Source: Bacilli bacterium
GTDB taxonomy: Bacteria; Bacillota_I; Bacilli_A; ML615J-28; CAG-313
DNA length: 64,000 bases
Reading direction: 5' to 3'
NCBI GenBank assembly: GCA_017501465.1
Contig: JAFVWY010000018.1
Coordinates: 146,748-210,747 of the forward strand
Both the position numbers and the translations under genes were made by a program. Shown piece after piece: positions 10,020 to 20,780 of the stretch. Below the pieces are notes generated by a model that worked only from the letters and a program-made list of their open reading frames with translations, was not told where the DNA came from and made no database searches. Positions within the stretch are counted from its first letter, which is position 1, and the number at the start of each line of letters is the position of its first letter.

Positions 10020-10899
10020 GACAAGTGATTTTCCGTACCCGGTTTTAAGAAGTGATAAAAGTGTTTTAACAAGTTATAAGAGAGAATATTATTTGAATAT
10101 AAACTGTGATGATCCAATAAATAATGAAAATGAATATATTTTTAAAACTCAACTTTTAACAAATTCTGAAACTATCAATAATATGCTTTCAGAAGGTAAG
10201 GCGTCATCTTATATTATTTATCAAACCAAAATTTTAAAAAGAATTTATAAAATCGATAATTCAGATTTGACTTATGAATTGAAGATACCATATTCATATT
10301 TTCAATCAATGGATGAAGTTAAAATTTCTGCTATTATTACAGCAAATGAAGATTTTGAGTTGTTATATAATGATGAAATTGATGATGGTTATAATTTAGA
10401 TGTCCCATATTTTATTACTAAAAAAGATATTGTAGCTATTTCAAATGAGATAATTTTTGATTTTAATAAAACTGGTAAAACAATTATTAAATTGATTAAG
10501 CGTAATGATTTAACATCTGGATTTCAAGTGAACATTAATCAGGATGAATACATTTTAATTGAAGTGAACCCTGAATTTAAAAAAGCTTATGATGTTGTTG
10601 CTGTTAAACAGTCTGAATTAAAAATTCCAGCACTAACCATGATACATTCAAGTTTAATTCATATGGCAATGATTAATGTTTTTATTAGATTAATTAAAGA
10701 AGATTATAAACAACACATAAACAAAAGATGGTTTAAAGTGATAAGAAGTACTTTAAATACAAAAGATGTAATTTTAGAAGATAGTTTATCTGATTTAAAT
10801 GAAGATTTCGATATTAATAAAGTATACGAATTAGTTGATAAATTTTTAAATCATTTCTTTGACAAAGCAATATCTAAGTGTAGTGAGGCGTTAAAATGA
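10012..10899 (+). CDS. Hypothetical protein with N-terminal FPYPVL motif
   Basis: Overlaps both neighbours; beta-rich N-half and helical C-half. Confidence 0.7.
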   Translation: MIKTSDFPYPVLRSDKSVLTSYKREYYLNINCDDPINNENEYIFKTQLLTNSETINNMLSEGKASSYIIYQTKILKRIYKIDNSDLTYELKIPYSYFQSMDEVKISAIITANEDFELLYNDEIDDGYNLDVPYFITKKDIVAISNEIIFDFNKTGKTIIKLIKRNDLTSGFQVNINQDEYILIEVNPEFKKAYDVVAVKQSELKIPALTMIHSSLIHMAMINVFIRLIKEDYKQHINKRWFKVIRSTLNTKDVILEDSLSDLNEDFDINKVYELVDKFLNHFFDKAISKCSEALK

Positions 10900-11720
10900 A
10901 AATAGAATTAAGAAAAATAAATACATCTGAATATAATAATTTATTAAATAACATTAATGATAATTTAGAATTTTATATGAATTATGAAAACAATGATATT
11001 CATATTTATGATGATGTTCGTACACTTGAAGAAATTAGCGAACCAATTGTTAATGGTGAAAAAATAGAAATAGAAATTTCAGAGGCAGATCTAAAATTTT
11101 TATCAACAATTTTAAAATGGAAAGAAAATTATTTGGTTGGCAAATTACTTCATAAAAAATTACAGCAATATGAATATAAATTCTATGGTGTTTTTTATGA
11201 ACGTGGTTTTTGGGCATATATTTGTCATCATCCTATGTTTAGAAAGTATATAAAAAATAGATATTTTTCAGGTGTGGTTGAAGAGTCAGAAGAAGATGAT
11301 GATAAAAATGAAGATGTTGTGAAAAAAATTGAAAGATTTTTCTTATGTAAAGGAACTGCAAGTAGAACAGGTGTAATGTTTAATTGGATGCTTACTGAAA
11401 GTTTATATGATAAATATAAAATGTATGATTTATCAGAAGTAGGATTTTCATTTATTGATAGTGTAAAAGCAATTTATGAAAGAAGTTTTCATATGAATAA
11501 AAGAATAGTGAAAGCATTTGTTCAAGGTATTATTAATAACAACAGATCTGCTGCATTCAAAGATACTAAAACTAATTATCGTTCTATTATTCCAACTCAT
11601 ATTAGCAATATTGCAGCATTAAATTCATTAGATAGTTATGATAGTTATAATGACTTAGTCCAAAAAATAACATTAGAGCAAAAACATATCATTGCTTTGT
11701 ATGAAAAGGAAAGAAGGTAA
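10896..11720 (+). CDS. Hypothetical protein, DUF6339-like
   Basis: ERGFWAYICH...YIKNRY resembles the (D/E)R.WAYL.H...Y...R(W/Y) motif as I recall it; ATGA coupling. Confidence 0.55.
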   Translation: MKIELRKINTSEYNNLLNNINDNLEFYMNYENNDIHIYDDVRTLEEISEPIVNGEKIEIEISEADLKFLSTILKWKENYLVGKLLHKKLQQYEYKFYGVFYERGFWAYICHHPMFRKYIKNRYFSGVVEESEEDDDKNEDVVKKIERFFLCKGTASRTGVMFNWMLTESLYDKYKMYDLSEVGFSFIDSVKAIYERSFHMNKRIVKAFVQGIINNNRSAAFKDTKTNYRSIIPTHISNIAALNSLDSYDSYNDLVQKITLEQKHIIALYEKERR

Positions 11721-11723
11721 AAT

Positions 11724-12461
11724 ATGACCTTTGAACAATGGTTAAAAGAAATATATTTGAAATCAAATGGTAAACCTCTTTCAACTTCATCTGTAGAAAA
11801 ATATAAACGTGGTCTATCAACGACTTCAATGGAAATGTTAAAAAAAGGAATAATAAGAAAACCATTAGAAGAAATGGAATTGATGGAATTAGACTTGGCC
11901 ATATCAATTATAATGAATACTAAATCTTTTATAGATAAAGATATAAAAGGTGATAGAATGTATAGCAATTCTTTAAAAAGATATCGCTGTTATGTTTATC
12001 ATAATGCTGATTTTGGTAAGAAAGAAGTAGAAGAAATTGAAAACCTACAAAAAGATATAAAATTAACTGAAACTGAAAAAGAAACACTAATTAAAGCAAG
12101 AAAGGGACAAGGTTTATTTAGAGATAAGCTAAAAGAAAAATATAACAATAGATGTATCATTACTGATATTAATATTTCGCAGGTATTAATAGCGAGTCAC
12201 ATTAAACCATGGGCTGTTTCAAATAATGAAGAAAGATTATCAGTTGATAATGGATTACTTCTTTCTGCGACTTTTGATAGATTATTTGATAGTGGATTAA
12301 TTACGTTTAAGAAAGATGGTACCATATTAATATCTAATTTAATTAGTAAAGATAATATAGAAAAACTACATTTAAAAGAAGGTCAAGTATATGATATTAA
12401 ATATAATCCTGATATGGATGAATATTTAACTTATCATAACGATGTTATTTTTGTAAGATAG
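11724..12461 (+). CDS. HNH endonuclease (HNH_2 type) with helical N-terminal domain
   Basis: RKGQGLFR, CIIT, LIASHIKPW, DNGLLL, FDRLFDSGLITF. Confidence 0.9.
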   Translation: MTFEQWLKEIYLKSNGKPLSTSSVEKYKRGLSTTSMEMLKKGIIRKPLEEMELMELDLAISIIMNTKSFIDKDIKGDRMYSNSLKRYRCYVYHNADFGKKEVEEIENLQKDIKLTETEKETLIKARKGQGLFRDKLKEKYNNRCIITDINISQVLIASHIKPWAVSNNEERLSVDNGLLLSATFDRLFDSGLITFKKDGTILISNLISKDNIEKLHLKEGQVYDIKYNPDMDEYLTYHNDVIFVR

Positions 12462-12488
12462 TATAAATAATATAAAAAGGAGAAAAAA

Positions 12489-12914
12489 ATGGCAAAATTA
12501 GTATATGGAAAGAGAAATAAATTAAATTTTCGAGATTATGGGGAATTTTATAAAGCATATGGCTTTTTATGTAATTCTTCAAAACATAGTTTAAAAGTAA
12601 TGCTGGAGTATAATGCAAGAAGCGGTGCTTGGGGAAATGAAGGGCGAATATTATTATATAAACATAGTACTACACATTACACACCTCTTCCTCAAGCCTT
12701 TTATAATAAGCTAACAGCAGGAAGAGGAAGAATAATTAATAGAATTAATTGTAATGAATATGTTTTAGAATTGTATCAACATTATGGCTTTTCTGTTTCT
12801 AATACAATTAATGGAATAACTCCATCGAATTTGACACCTCCATCATTACAAGATGCATTAACTTATGTTCCAGTGGCATATCAAAATGATTTTTTGCAAG
12901 GATATAATATGTAG
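12489..12914 (+). CDS. Hypothetical protein, last gene of the operon
   Basis: AAAGGAG RBS; SGAWGNEGRI and RINCNEY motifs; followed by a terminator. Confidence 0.7.
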   Translation: MAKLVYGKRNKLNFRDYGEFYKAYGFLCNSSKHSLKVMLEYNARSGAWGNEGRILLYKHSTTHYTPLPQAFYNKLTAGRGRIINRINCNEYVLELYQHYGFSVSNTINGITPSNLTPPSLQDALTYVPVAYQNDFLQGYNM

Positions 12915-12939
12915 CTATTATAAAACCTAGATGGGTCAA

Positions 12940-12978
12940 TAAAATCTATTAGTGAATCAGACTAATAGATTTTTTTTA
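12940..12978 (+). terminator. Intrinsic terminator
   Basis: aaaatctattagt-gaatcag-actaatagatttt followed by a T tract. Confidence 0.75.
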
Positions 12979-13077
12979 ATTCTTTTTATTAATGTTGAGT
13001 AATTTTGTATAATTCTTTATTTTTTTATCGAAATATGTTATAATTATGTAAAGTTTTTATGAAAGGAGAATATCACT

Positions 13078-15582
13078 ATGAATACATATATAAGTTTATT
13101 TAGTAGTGCTGGGGTTGGTTGCTATGGTTTTAAAATGGAAAATTTTGAATGTATTGCAACAAATGAATTAATAGAGCGTAGATTAAATGTTCAAAAACAT
13201 AATAAGAAATGCAAATATGAATCAGGTTATATATGCGGTGATATTACTCAAGACGAAATAAAAGAATCACTTTACAAAGAAATTAAATTTTGGAAAACAA
13301 ATGAAAATTTAAAAAGAGTAGATGTTGTTATTGCTACTCCTCCTTGTCAAGGAATGTCAGTAGCAAATCATAAAAAGAATGATAAAGAGATTATAAGAAA
13401 TTCATTAGTTGTTGAGTCAATAAAAATAATTAAAGAAATTAATCCTAAATTTTTTATATTTGAAAATGTTCCTGCCTTTATGAAAACAATATGTACCGAT
13501 ATAGATGGGCAAGATAAATTAATTTCTGAAGCAATTGAAAATAATTTGGGAGAACTATATTCATATAGTGCTAAAGTAATAAATTTTAAGAACTTTGGAG
13601 CATGTTCTAGTAGATCAAGAACTGTTGTGATAGGTGTGTCAAAAGAATTGGTAGATGACATTGGGCCTGCCGAATTATATCCTATTTATAGAGAAGAAAC
13701 AACATTACGCGAAACAATAGGGCATTTAAAAAGTTTAACAATAATGGGTGAAATTGATGAAAATGATATATACCATGCTTTTAGAGAATACCCAGAACGT
13801 ATGAGAGCGTGGATAACAGATTTAAACGAGGGTGAATCTGCTTTTGATAATGTCGATGATAGTAAAAAACCACATCAAATTGTTGGTGGTAAAATGGTAA
13901 TTAATCAAAGGAAAAATGCTGATAAGTATACTAGAACTTATTGGGATAAAGTTGGACCATGTGTTCATACAAGAAACGATCAATTAGCAAGTCAAAATAC
14001 AATTCATCCATCAGATGATCGCGTGTTTAGTATAAGAGAATTAATGTTGATGATGACTGTTCCATATGAATTTAAATGGAGCGAGTATGATTTAGAATAT
14101 TTGAATAATCTTTCATTGAGTAAAAAGAAACAATACTTAAAAAAAGAAGAAATCAAAATTAGACAATCATTAGGTGAAGCCGTTCCAACGATTATATTTA
14201 AGGAGATTGCAGCAAACATTAAAATCAAATTAAATAAACCTAAAGTAAAAAAAAACACAATTAATCAATTGATAGAAAAATATCAGGATTTAAATACTGA
14301 AGATTTAATAGATTTTATAAAGAATAATCCACTAGACCTATCAATATCGACTCTAAGCAAAATAGCAGAAATGGCTAATACAAAAAGAACTGATAATGGT
14401 GCATTTTATACTAACAAAGAGTTAATCACGAAGATGATGGAAACACTTAAACTATCAGATAAAGAAGAGATTAATGTTTTAGAACCATCTGTTGGAGTTG
14501 GGAACTTTATACCATTTATTATTGATAAGTTTAATGATAAAAAATTAAATATAGATGTTATTGATGTAGATGAAAATAGTGTGAAAATTGCCAAGGTCTT
14601 AATGGATAAATATAACATTCCTAAAAATGTAGAGATTAATTATATTGTTGATGATTTCTTAACACACAAATTTGATAAACATTATGATTATATAATTGGA
14701 AATCCACCGTTTGTTAAAATAAAAGATGCAAAATTGTTAAAGCAATATAGAAAACATTGTAAAAATTCAGATGCTACAAATATATGCTCATACTTTTTAG
14801 ACAAAACTGTAGAATTAGCTGATTCAATTGCTATAGTATTTCCAAAGTTTATTTTAAATACACCAGAGTATATTAGAACTAGAGACTATTTAAAAAAATT
14901 GAATGTAGAATGTATTATTGATTTTGGTGAAAAGGGTTTTCCTGGGGTATTAATTGAAACAATTGCTCTTTTTATTAATCTAAATACTAAACCTAATAAT
15001 ACAAGAATAATTTCATTAACTAATAATATAGATATAATACAAAAGCAAAATTATATAATGGATTTTAAATTACCATACTGGATAATTTATAGAAACGAAT
15101 ATTTTGATATGGTATGGAAAAAATTAGAATTCAATGTATTTGATGTTTTTAGAGATAGACAAATCACAAATTCATTAATGAATGATAAAAAAGGTTATAG
15201 AGTAATAAAATCAAGAAATATTCAAAAAGATGGATCAATCGTTGATATACCTAACTATGACTCATATGTTGAGAAAGATATTGCAATAAATTTAGCGATA
15301 TATGATTATTTAGAACGAGATGATGTTTACTTGACACCGAATATGACTTATTATCCTAGAGTTATCAAAAAGCCAAGAGGTGTATTAGTTAATGGGTCAG
15401 TTGCAATATTAATTCCAAAAACTAACATTGAATTAACTAAAGAACAATGTGATTATTTCTCATCAGAAGAGTATTGGAACTTTTATGGAATAGCTCGTAA
15501 TTATCAAACTAGATCCCTTAATGTCGATTCATGTTCAGTATATTTCTATGGATTATTAAAACAAGGAGAAGAAAATGATTAA
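13078..15582 (+). CDS. Fused m5C + m6A DNA methyltransferase (M.HpyAV-like, Type IIS)
   Basis: N-half LFSSAGVG, TPPCQGMS, ENV, SSRSR, SLGEAVP; C-half GAFYT, EPSVGVGNF, IGNPPF. Confidence 0.9.
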   Translation: MNTYISLFSSAGVGCYGFKMENFECIATNELIERRLNVQKHNKKCKYESGYICGDITQDEIKESLYKEIKFWKTNENLKRVDVVIATPPCQGMSVANHKKNDKEIIRNSLVVESIKIIKEINPKFFIFENVPAFMKTICTDIDGQDKLISEAIENNLGELYSYSAKVINFKNFGACSSRSRTVVIGVSKELVDDIGPAELYPIYREETTLRETIGHLKSLTIMGEIDENDIYHAFREYPERMRAWITDLNEGESAFDNVDDSKKPHQIVGGKMVINQRKNADKYTRTYWDKVGPCVHTRNDQLASQNTIHPSDDRVFSIRELMLMMTVPYEFKWSEYDLEYLNNLSLSKKKQYLKKEEIKIRQSLGEAVPTIIFKEIAANIKIKLNKPKVKKNTINQLIEKYQDLNTEDLIDFIKNNPLDLSISTLSKIAEMANTKRTDNGAFYTNKELITKMMETLKLSDKEEINVLEPSVGVGNFIPFIIDKFNDKKLNIDVIDVDENSVKIAKVLMDKYNIPKNVEINYIVDDFLTHKFDKHYDYIIGNPPFVKIKDAKLLKQYRKHCKNSDATNICSYFLDKTVELADSIAIVFPKFILNTPEYIRTRDYLKKLNVECIIDFGEKGFPGVLIETIALFINLNTKPNNTRIISLTNNIDIIQKQNYIMDFKLPYWIIYRNEYFDMVWKKLEFNVFDVFRDRQITNSLMNDKKGYRVIKSRNIQKDGSIVDIPNYDSYVEKDIAINLAIYDYLERDDVYLTPNMTYYPRVIKKPRGVLVNGSVAILIPKTNIELTKEQCDYFSSEEYWNFYGIARNYQTRSLNVDSCSVYFYGLLKQGEEND

Positions 15583-16801
15583 TCAATCTCAAGTCGAACA
15601 ATTTATAAACTCGAAAAATTATGATATTAGAATAAGTGGAAATGCAAGATGGATCGATCAAAAATGTACTCCTGATGTTTTATGGTCAATTTCAGATTTT
15701 ATTTTAAATTATGTTGATAATGTAAATGAACAATTTACTGTTGCGGATATATGGACAAGTGATTATGCAAAATTAACAATTGCTGAGACTTATTCTAAAC
15801 CTGGAATTGATGAAAAAACTGCTGAGAATGAATATGATAAAGTTTTTTCTCAACCAATAAACTTATTATGCTATGCTGGGATATTAGAAGATATTAGCCT
15901 TACATCACGCCATCTATACAAAGTTATAAATAGAGAAATTTTAGAATATATTGCAAGAAATGATATTTTTTCCCTTAGGTTTTTACAATTGTACATTGAA
16001 AAAGTATTAAAAGACAGTGGTATTTACCATTATTTTCAAAGTTTTTTTGATAATCAAGATAATACACATTATAATCAGTTAAAAAACGTATTTATAGAAT
16101 TTTACCATATGTATACTCCTGTAAAAAAAGATCTTGAGCCCAAACGAATTTTTACAAAAGTAGTAAATCCATTGGCATTTAAATATTTAAAAAAAGGTTC
16201 TGAAAGAGGCAGGATGTCAAAAGACTTAATTAATAGGTCTGATATGATGTATAATAGAGATAATTTTAGAGATGTATATTTAGGTAAGCCTAAAGGCGTA
16301 ACTAGACAAGAATGGTTACAAAGTCATCCAGATATTGATATGAGAACAGGTTATTTTGAACAAATGATGAATAAAGCTAAAAAAGTTATTAAAGATAGCA
16401 CGATTAATTTTAGAAATAATGTTTCAGAATTAACTCAATTTAGTATAAATCATGATGATTATAATCCTGCAACACAGTTACATCATATTTTTCCTAAAAA
16501 TGAGTTTCCCGAAATTATGCACTATTTGGAAAATATGATTGCAATTACTCCAAACCAACATTATGGATTTGCACATCCAAACAATAATACAAATATAATT
16601 GATGTTGGAGCACAGAAAGAATTATTATTGGTGAAAGTTGAAAGTATACAATTAAATCTATCTAATAATGCAGAAGAAGAAATTTATGAATTTGATAATT
16701 TGCTATATGTTCTTTGTGTTGGATTAGAAGATTCGAATATAATGAAGATTAAAAACGGTGATTATATCGACGTTATACAAGCCATAAATGCTCATTATTA
16801 A
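15575..16801 (+). CDS. Type IIS restriction endonuclease with C-terminal HNH (HpyAV/Hin4II-like)
   Basis: ARWIDQKCTPDVL near the N-terminus; HHIFP..ENMIAITPNQH..AH HNH site; coupled to the dual methyltransferase. Confidence 0.75.
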   Translation: MINQSQVEQFINSKNYDIRISGNARWIDQKCTPDVLWSISDFILNYVDNVNEQFTVADIWTSDYAKLTIAETYSKPGIDEKTAENEYDKVFSQPINLLCYAGILEDISLTSRHLYKVINREILEYIARNDIFSLRFLQLYIEKVLKDSGIYHYFQSFFDNQDNTHYNQLKNVFIEFYHMYTPVKKDLEPKRIFTKVVNPLAFKYLKKGSERGRMSKDLINRSDMMYNRDNFRDVYLGKPKGVTRQEWLQSHPDIDMRTGYFEQMMNKAKKVIKDSTINFRNNVSELTQFSINHDDYNPATQLHHIFPKNEFPEIMHYLENMIAITPNQHYGFAHPNNNTNIIDVGAQKELLLVKVESIQLNLSNNAEEEIYEFDNLLYVLCVGLEDSNIMKIKNGDYIDVIQAINAHY

Positions 16802-17059
16802 ATTAATTAATTTAACTAAATTAACAAAGAACAATATTGAATTTTATTTTTTATAAAATAATTTATAGTGATATAAAAATTATACTTATCTCGTATTCAA
16901 ATATTGTTCTTTTTTATTGATCTAAAGAAGTATTAACGATGTTAATACATACATTTATAGAAATAAGTTAATCAAAGTATATGTAAATATTTTAATTTAT
17001 GGAGAAATAATATGATAATATATGAAAGTTCGCTCAACAATTTTATTTATAATTGTAAT

Positions 17060-17326
17060 ATGACGCAAATTGTAGAGGACATTCAAAAGGGATTACTTTT
17101 ATCTGGTTTTAACATTGGTAATCAAAGAGAAATAGATTCATAGAAAGAATCATTGTCACTCGTTGCAAGCGCATTAGACAAAGATGATATATCGAAAGAC
17201 ATTAATGTAGCTATCGAATATAAATTAGATGTTACAAGCAATAGAATAGATCTATTAATATATGGAAAAAATTTCAATGATGAGGATAATTTAGTTGTTG
17301 TTGAACTTAAACAATGGAGCGTATGA
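17060..17326 (+). pseudogene. DUF2075-type nuclease/helicase N-terminal fragment
   Basis: REIDS*KESL...VAIEYKL...RIDLLIYG...VVVELKQWS*; TAG at 17141 replaces a conserved Trp. Confidence 0.7.
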
Positions 17327-17349
17327 TAATCAAACAATTAAAAATCATT

Positions 17350-17630
17350 GGGGGAAAAATAGAACCAGGAGAAACAAAATAAGAAGCATTATTAAGAGAA
17401 ATAAAAGAAGAATTAAATTGTAATATAAATATTGAAAAATTTATTACAACTATTAATCATGAATATAATACATTTTCATTAACAATGCATATATATTTAT
17501 GTAGCTTAAGAGATGATGAACCAATTCTTTTAGAACATAAATCTGCTATATAGTGTGATAGAGATAAATTAAAGGAATTGGATTTTGTAGAAGCATATTA
17601 TAATTTTTTAGATAAAATTAAAAAAATTAT
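17350..17630 (+). pseudogene. MutT/NUDIX hydrolase fragment
   Basis: Nudix box GGKIEPGETK*EALLREIKEEL; in-frame stops at 17380 and 17551; runs in frame into ORF 17578. Confidence 0.85.
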
Positions 17631-17980
17631 TGACGCACAAAGAGATATTGATGAAATAAATAATGTATTAAATGATATTGATTATTTTCACATTAAATCA
17701 GATGAAATATATGAAAGAATTAATAGCAATAAAGAATATACAATTTATATTAAAATAATGAAAAATAAATTTAACATGAATGGGAATAATCAGTTTAAAG
17801 TACTAGATTATAGATTTAAAAGAGAAGTGTTTAAAATGTTTATTGCAAGCATAAATTTATATATTACAAAAGAAATAATTGATACAAAATAAAATCTATT
17901 CTATGTTAAAAATGAATTAAAAGTACTAAAAGAATATAAGAAGAATTACTTCATATATAGAGTATATGGTGCAAAATAGT
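17631..17980 (+). pseudogene. Remnant ending in a DUF3883 (NOV C-terminal)-like tail
   Basis: After the stop at 17892 the frame reads NLFYVKNELKVLKEYKKNYFIYRVYG, like the F...NE......Y.IYRV end of DUF3883 nucleases. Confidence 0.4.
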
Positions 17981-18332
17981 TATATTTTAAATTCGATAGA
18001 GCAGTAAGATGTATATAAGATAATTTTAATAGTAGATCCTGTTACTTATATGGCTAGGTATAAGTATAGTTAAGAGCTGGAATATATTGTCCGGCTTTTT
18101 CAATTTATTGTAAAATAATGCATTCTTCAAAACCAATTTAGAATGTAGTATTAGACTTTAACTTCAAAATAGAGTAAATGCTAGGGATTTATAGAACAAA
18201 TAAATGGAAAAATTTTGGAATATAGTATTTTAAATTTGATAAAATATGACATAATTCTATTAGTTATTTGTTTAATGCTTTCAAATTTTCTAAAATTATG
18301 TTATAATAAATTATGAATAATTATTAAGATGA

Positions 18333-20780
18333 ATGGGTGTTATTATGAATTCATTAGAAAAAAATAATGTTAAATTACTTAATTTGGTCGAAAAGGGTCA
18401 TTCTTTTAGACAAATAAATAGGTTTTTAGAATCTAAGATTAATAATGATATTACTGAAGTGGATTTTTTTGAGATATTGGGAGATACCCCAATGATTCAT
18501 AAAATTGTCATTGACTTTAAAGACTTGGATTATTCTTATTATTCTATTTATTGTTTGTTATTTTTTGATATTAATATGATAACAGTTGAAAAATTAAAAC
18601 TTGATTATAACAATTTAAAAGATTTATCAATGCACATTGAATTATTAGAAGAAATGGGATATCAACAACGAACTATCGAAAAAATAGTTAATGCATTAAA
18701 TGAACTAGGTTTGAATTATTGTGGTGATGTTAAGAACACAGTATTAAGGATTATTACTGAGAAACAACCGATTCAAAATAATCAATTAAAGAATATAGTT
18801 TTAAATAGTTTCAACAACTTAAATGCAAAAATATATGATGAAGTTATTAATGATTTGATAACTGATGGGTTAATTATATTAACGATAAATGGATATAAAA
18901 TTCCCTTTGTTTCTATACATTCTTTTTTTGAAAAAAATAAAGATCAAAAAAATTTAATTGTTTATGAAAAGTTGCAGGGGAAAACTCTTCAAGAGATTGC
19001 TGATGAAAGAAATGTTTCTCGTGAGAGAATTAGACAAATTATTGAGAATACAATAATTAAATATCCTAAGTTTAAAGATGAAGATAAATATTTTTCAATT
19101 TTGTCAGAGTATTCTTTTTGCAAAGAAGATATGGAAATACTTGATTTTGATCTTTCATTGATGAATTATGTTTGTTTAAAACATAAATTCAAAGCAAATA
19201 AAAATGTGATAGATTATTTAATTGAAAATAATTTATATCAGTATGATTACTCAAAAAAATTGTTTTCAAAATATAATGTTGTCGTGATTGATAAAGAAAT
19301 AATTCAACTAAATTTTCTTTCACTGTTTAAAAAATATTTGTATGCAAAAAAAATACATAATTTTGATTTATTGCTAATTAAAGAAGATTTTAATCAGTAT
19401 GTTCTAGATAAAGGTATTGATTCTAAAGAATGTTTAATTGGAGACGATATTGAAGAAAAGTCTAGAAAATTAATAAATTCTGAAAACTTTGTAAACATAA
19501 AGAAATTTAATTTTATAGTTTTTGACATAAATGATTTATCTTATGAGTTCTTATCATTAACTAATGATTTTCTAGATTCATTCAGAGGTTATGGCTCTGT
19601 TGAGATTTTCTATAAAAATAATAAAAAATTATGTCAAAGCAATCATATTTTTAATGAAAATGATTTGTTTGGAATACTTAAACGTTTATATTTTGATGAG
19701 AAAAAAGATAAGATAATTTTTATACGCACTCCAATTATAATAGAAAAAGGTGTGGATAAAAATGCTTATATAGAAAATATGATATTAGATATGGATTTAC
19801 CATGTACAGTCGATGCTTATGTTAAATATGTCTGTGGTGTAACTTGTTTAAAATATAATACGTTTATGAGTTCATTTAGTCACATTATAAATAAATATAA
19901 AAATGTTGATGGTTTGATCACGTTAGATGATGATTATAGTTCTGAAGAAGAAGTTTGTTTAAGAAAATTATTAAATGATCAAATATGTATAGGCTATGAT
20001 TATTATAGTCTTGCAACAAAAAGATTATTTAAAGAGAGAAGTTATGTTTTTAATAATGCAAACATTCTTCGTAAATTTGGTTATATTTTAACTAATACAA
20101 CTATATATAAAGATATATATACGTCAAGAAAGTTAGCTGTTAAAGAAGCTTTAAAAAGAATGGGACATTTATTGAGTGAAGGAGAAGTAAATAAAATTTG
20201 TAACTCAGAATACTTGGTGTACAAATTATATGATGCTATTGATGAATGTTTTGTTATAAAGCTTTCAGATAATAAATATCTAAATAATGTTGCAAGAGGA
20301 CAACAACATATTTTCCAAAGTATGAAGCAAACTTTTGATTCTTTTTTTGAAAAAGATAAAATATATACGCTAGATAAAGTAATTAAATCATTATCATTTA
20401 GACAAATTATTGATAAAAATGAAGATTATAAGTGCATTTTGAATGTATTTAATGAAAGAGATGTAATCCGCTTTTTATTAAAAACAAATAGAAATTTTTC
20501 TTGTGTAGAATCATTTGGAAGTTTTGTTTTTTCTAAAGGCGAGTTATCATTAAAAAAGATTTTAGAAAAAATAATATCACAATATAAGGTTTTAGATAAG
20601 AATGAGTTTTATGAAATCTTATATGATGAATATGGAATAGATAAAAAATTTTCAAATAATGAACTTTCTGACTTTGGTTTTTATTGCCCATTCATGTCGG
20701 AAAAGATATATTTAAATGCGGAAATTTATGAAATAGATATGAAGGAGTATTTTAATGAGAGTATTGGATTTAACGATTAA
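18333..20780 (+). CDS. Large protein with internal sigma70 region-4-like HTH
   Basis: GKTLQEIADERNVSRERIRQI at ~aa 215-235; the rest is unrecognised; extended -10 TGTTATAAT at ~18299. Confidence 0.75.
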   Translation: MGVIMNSLEKNNVKLLNLVEKGHSFRQINRFLESKINNDITEVDFFEILGDTPMIHKIVIDFKDLDYSYYSIYCLLFFDINMITVEKLKLDYNNLKDLSMHIELLEEMGYQQRTIEKIVNALNELGLNYCGDVKNTVLRIITEKQPIQNNQLKNIVLNSFNNLNAKIYDEVINDLITDGLIILTINGYKIPFVSIHSFFEKNKDQKNLIVYEKLQGKTLQEIADERNVSRERIRQIIENTIIKYPKFKDEDKYFSILSEYSFCKEDMEILDFDLSLMNYVCLKHKFKANKNVIDYLIENNLYQYDYSKKLFSKYNVVVIDKEIIQLNFLSLFKKYLYAKKIHNFDLLLIKEDFNQYVLDKGIDSKECLIGDDIEEKSRKLINSENFVNIKKFNFIVFDINDLSYEFLSLTNDFLDSFRGYGSVEIFYKNNKKLCQSNHIFNENDLFGILKRLYFDEKKDKIIFIRTPIIIEKGVDKNAYIENMILDMDLPCTVDAYVKYVCGVTCLKYNTFMSSFSHIINKYKNVDGLITLDDDYSSEEEVCLRKLLNDQICIGYDYYSLATKRLFKERSYVFNNANILRKFGYILTNTTIYKDIYTSRKLAVKEALKRMGHLLSEGEVNKICNSEYLVYKLYDAIDECFVIKLSDNKYLNNVARGQQHIFQSMKQTFDSFFEKDKIYTLDKVIKSLSFRQIIDKNEDYKCILNVFNERDVIRFLLKTNRNFSCVESFGSFVFSKGELSLKKILEKIISQYKVLDKNEFYEILYDEYGIDKKFSNNELSDFGFYCPFMSEKIYLNAEIYEIDMKEYFNESIGFND

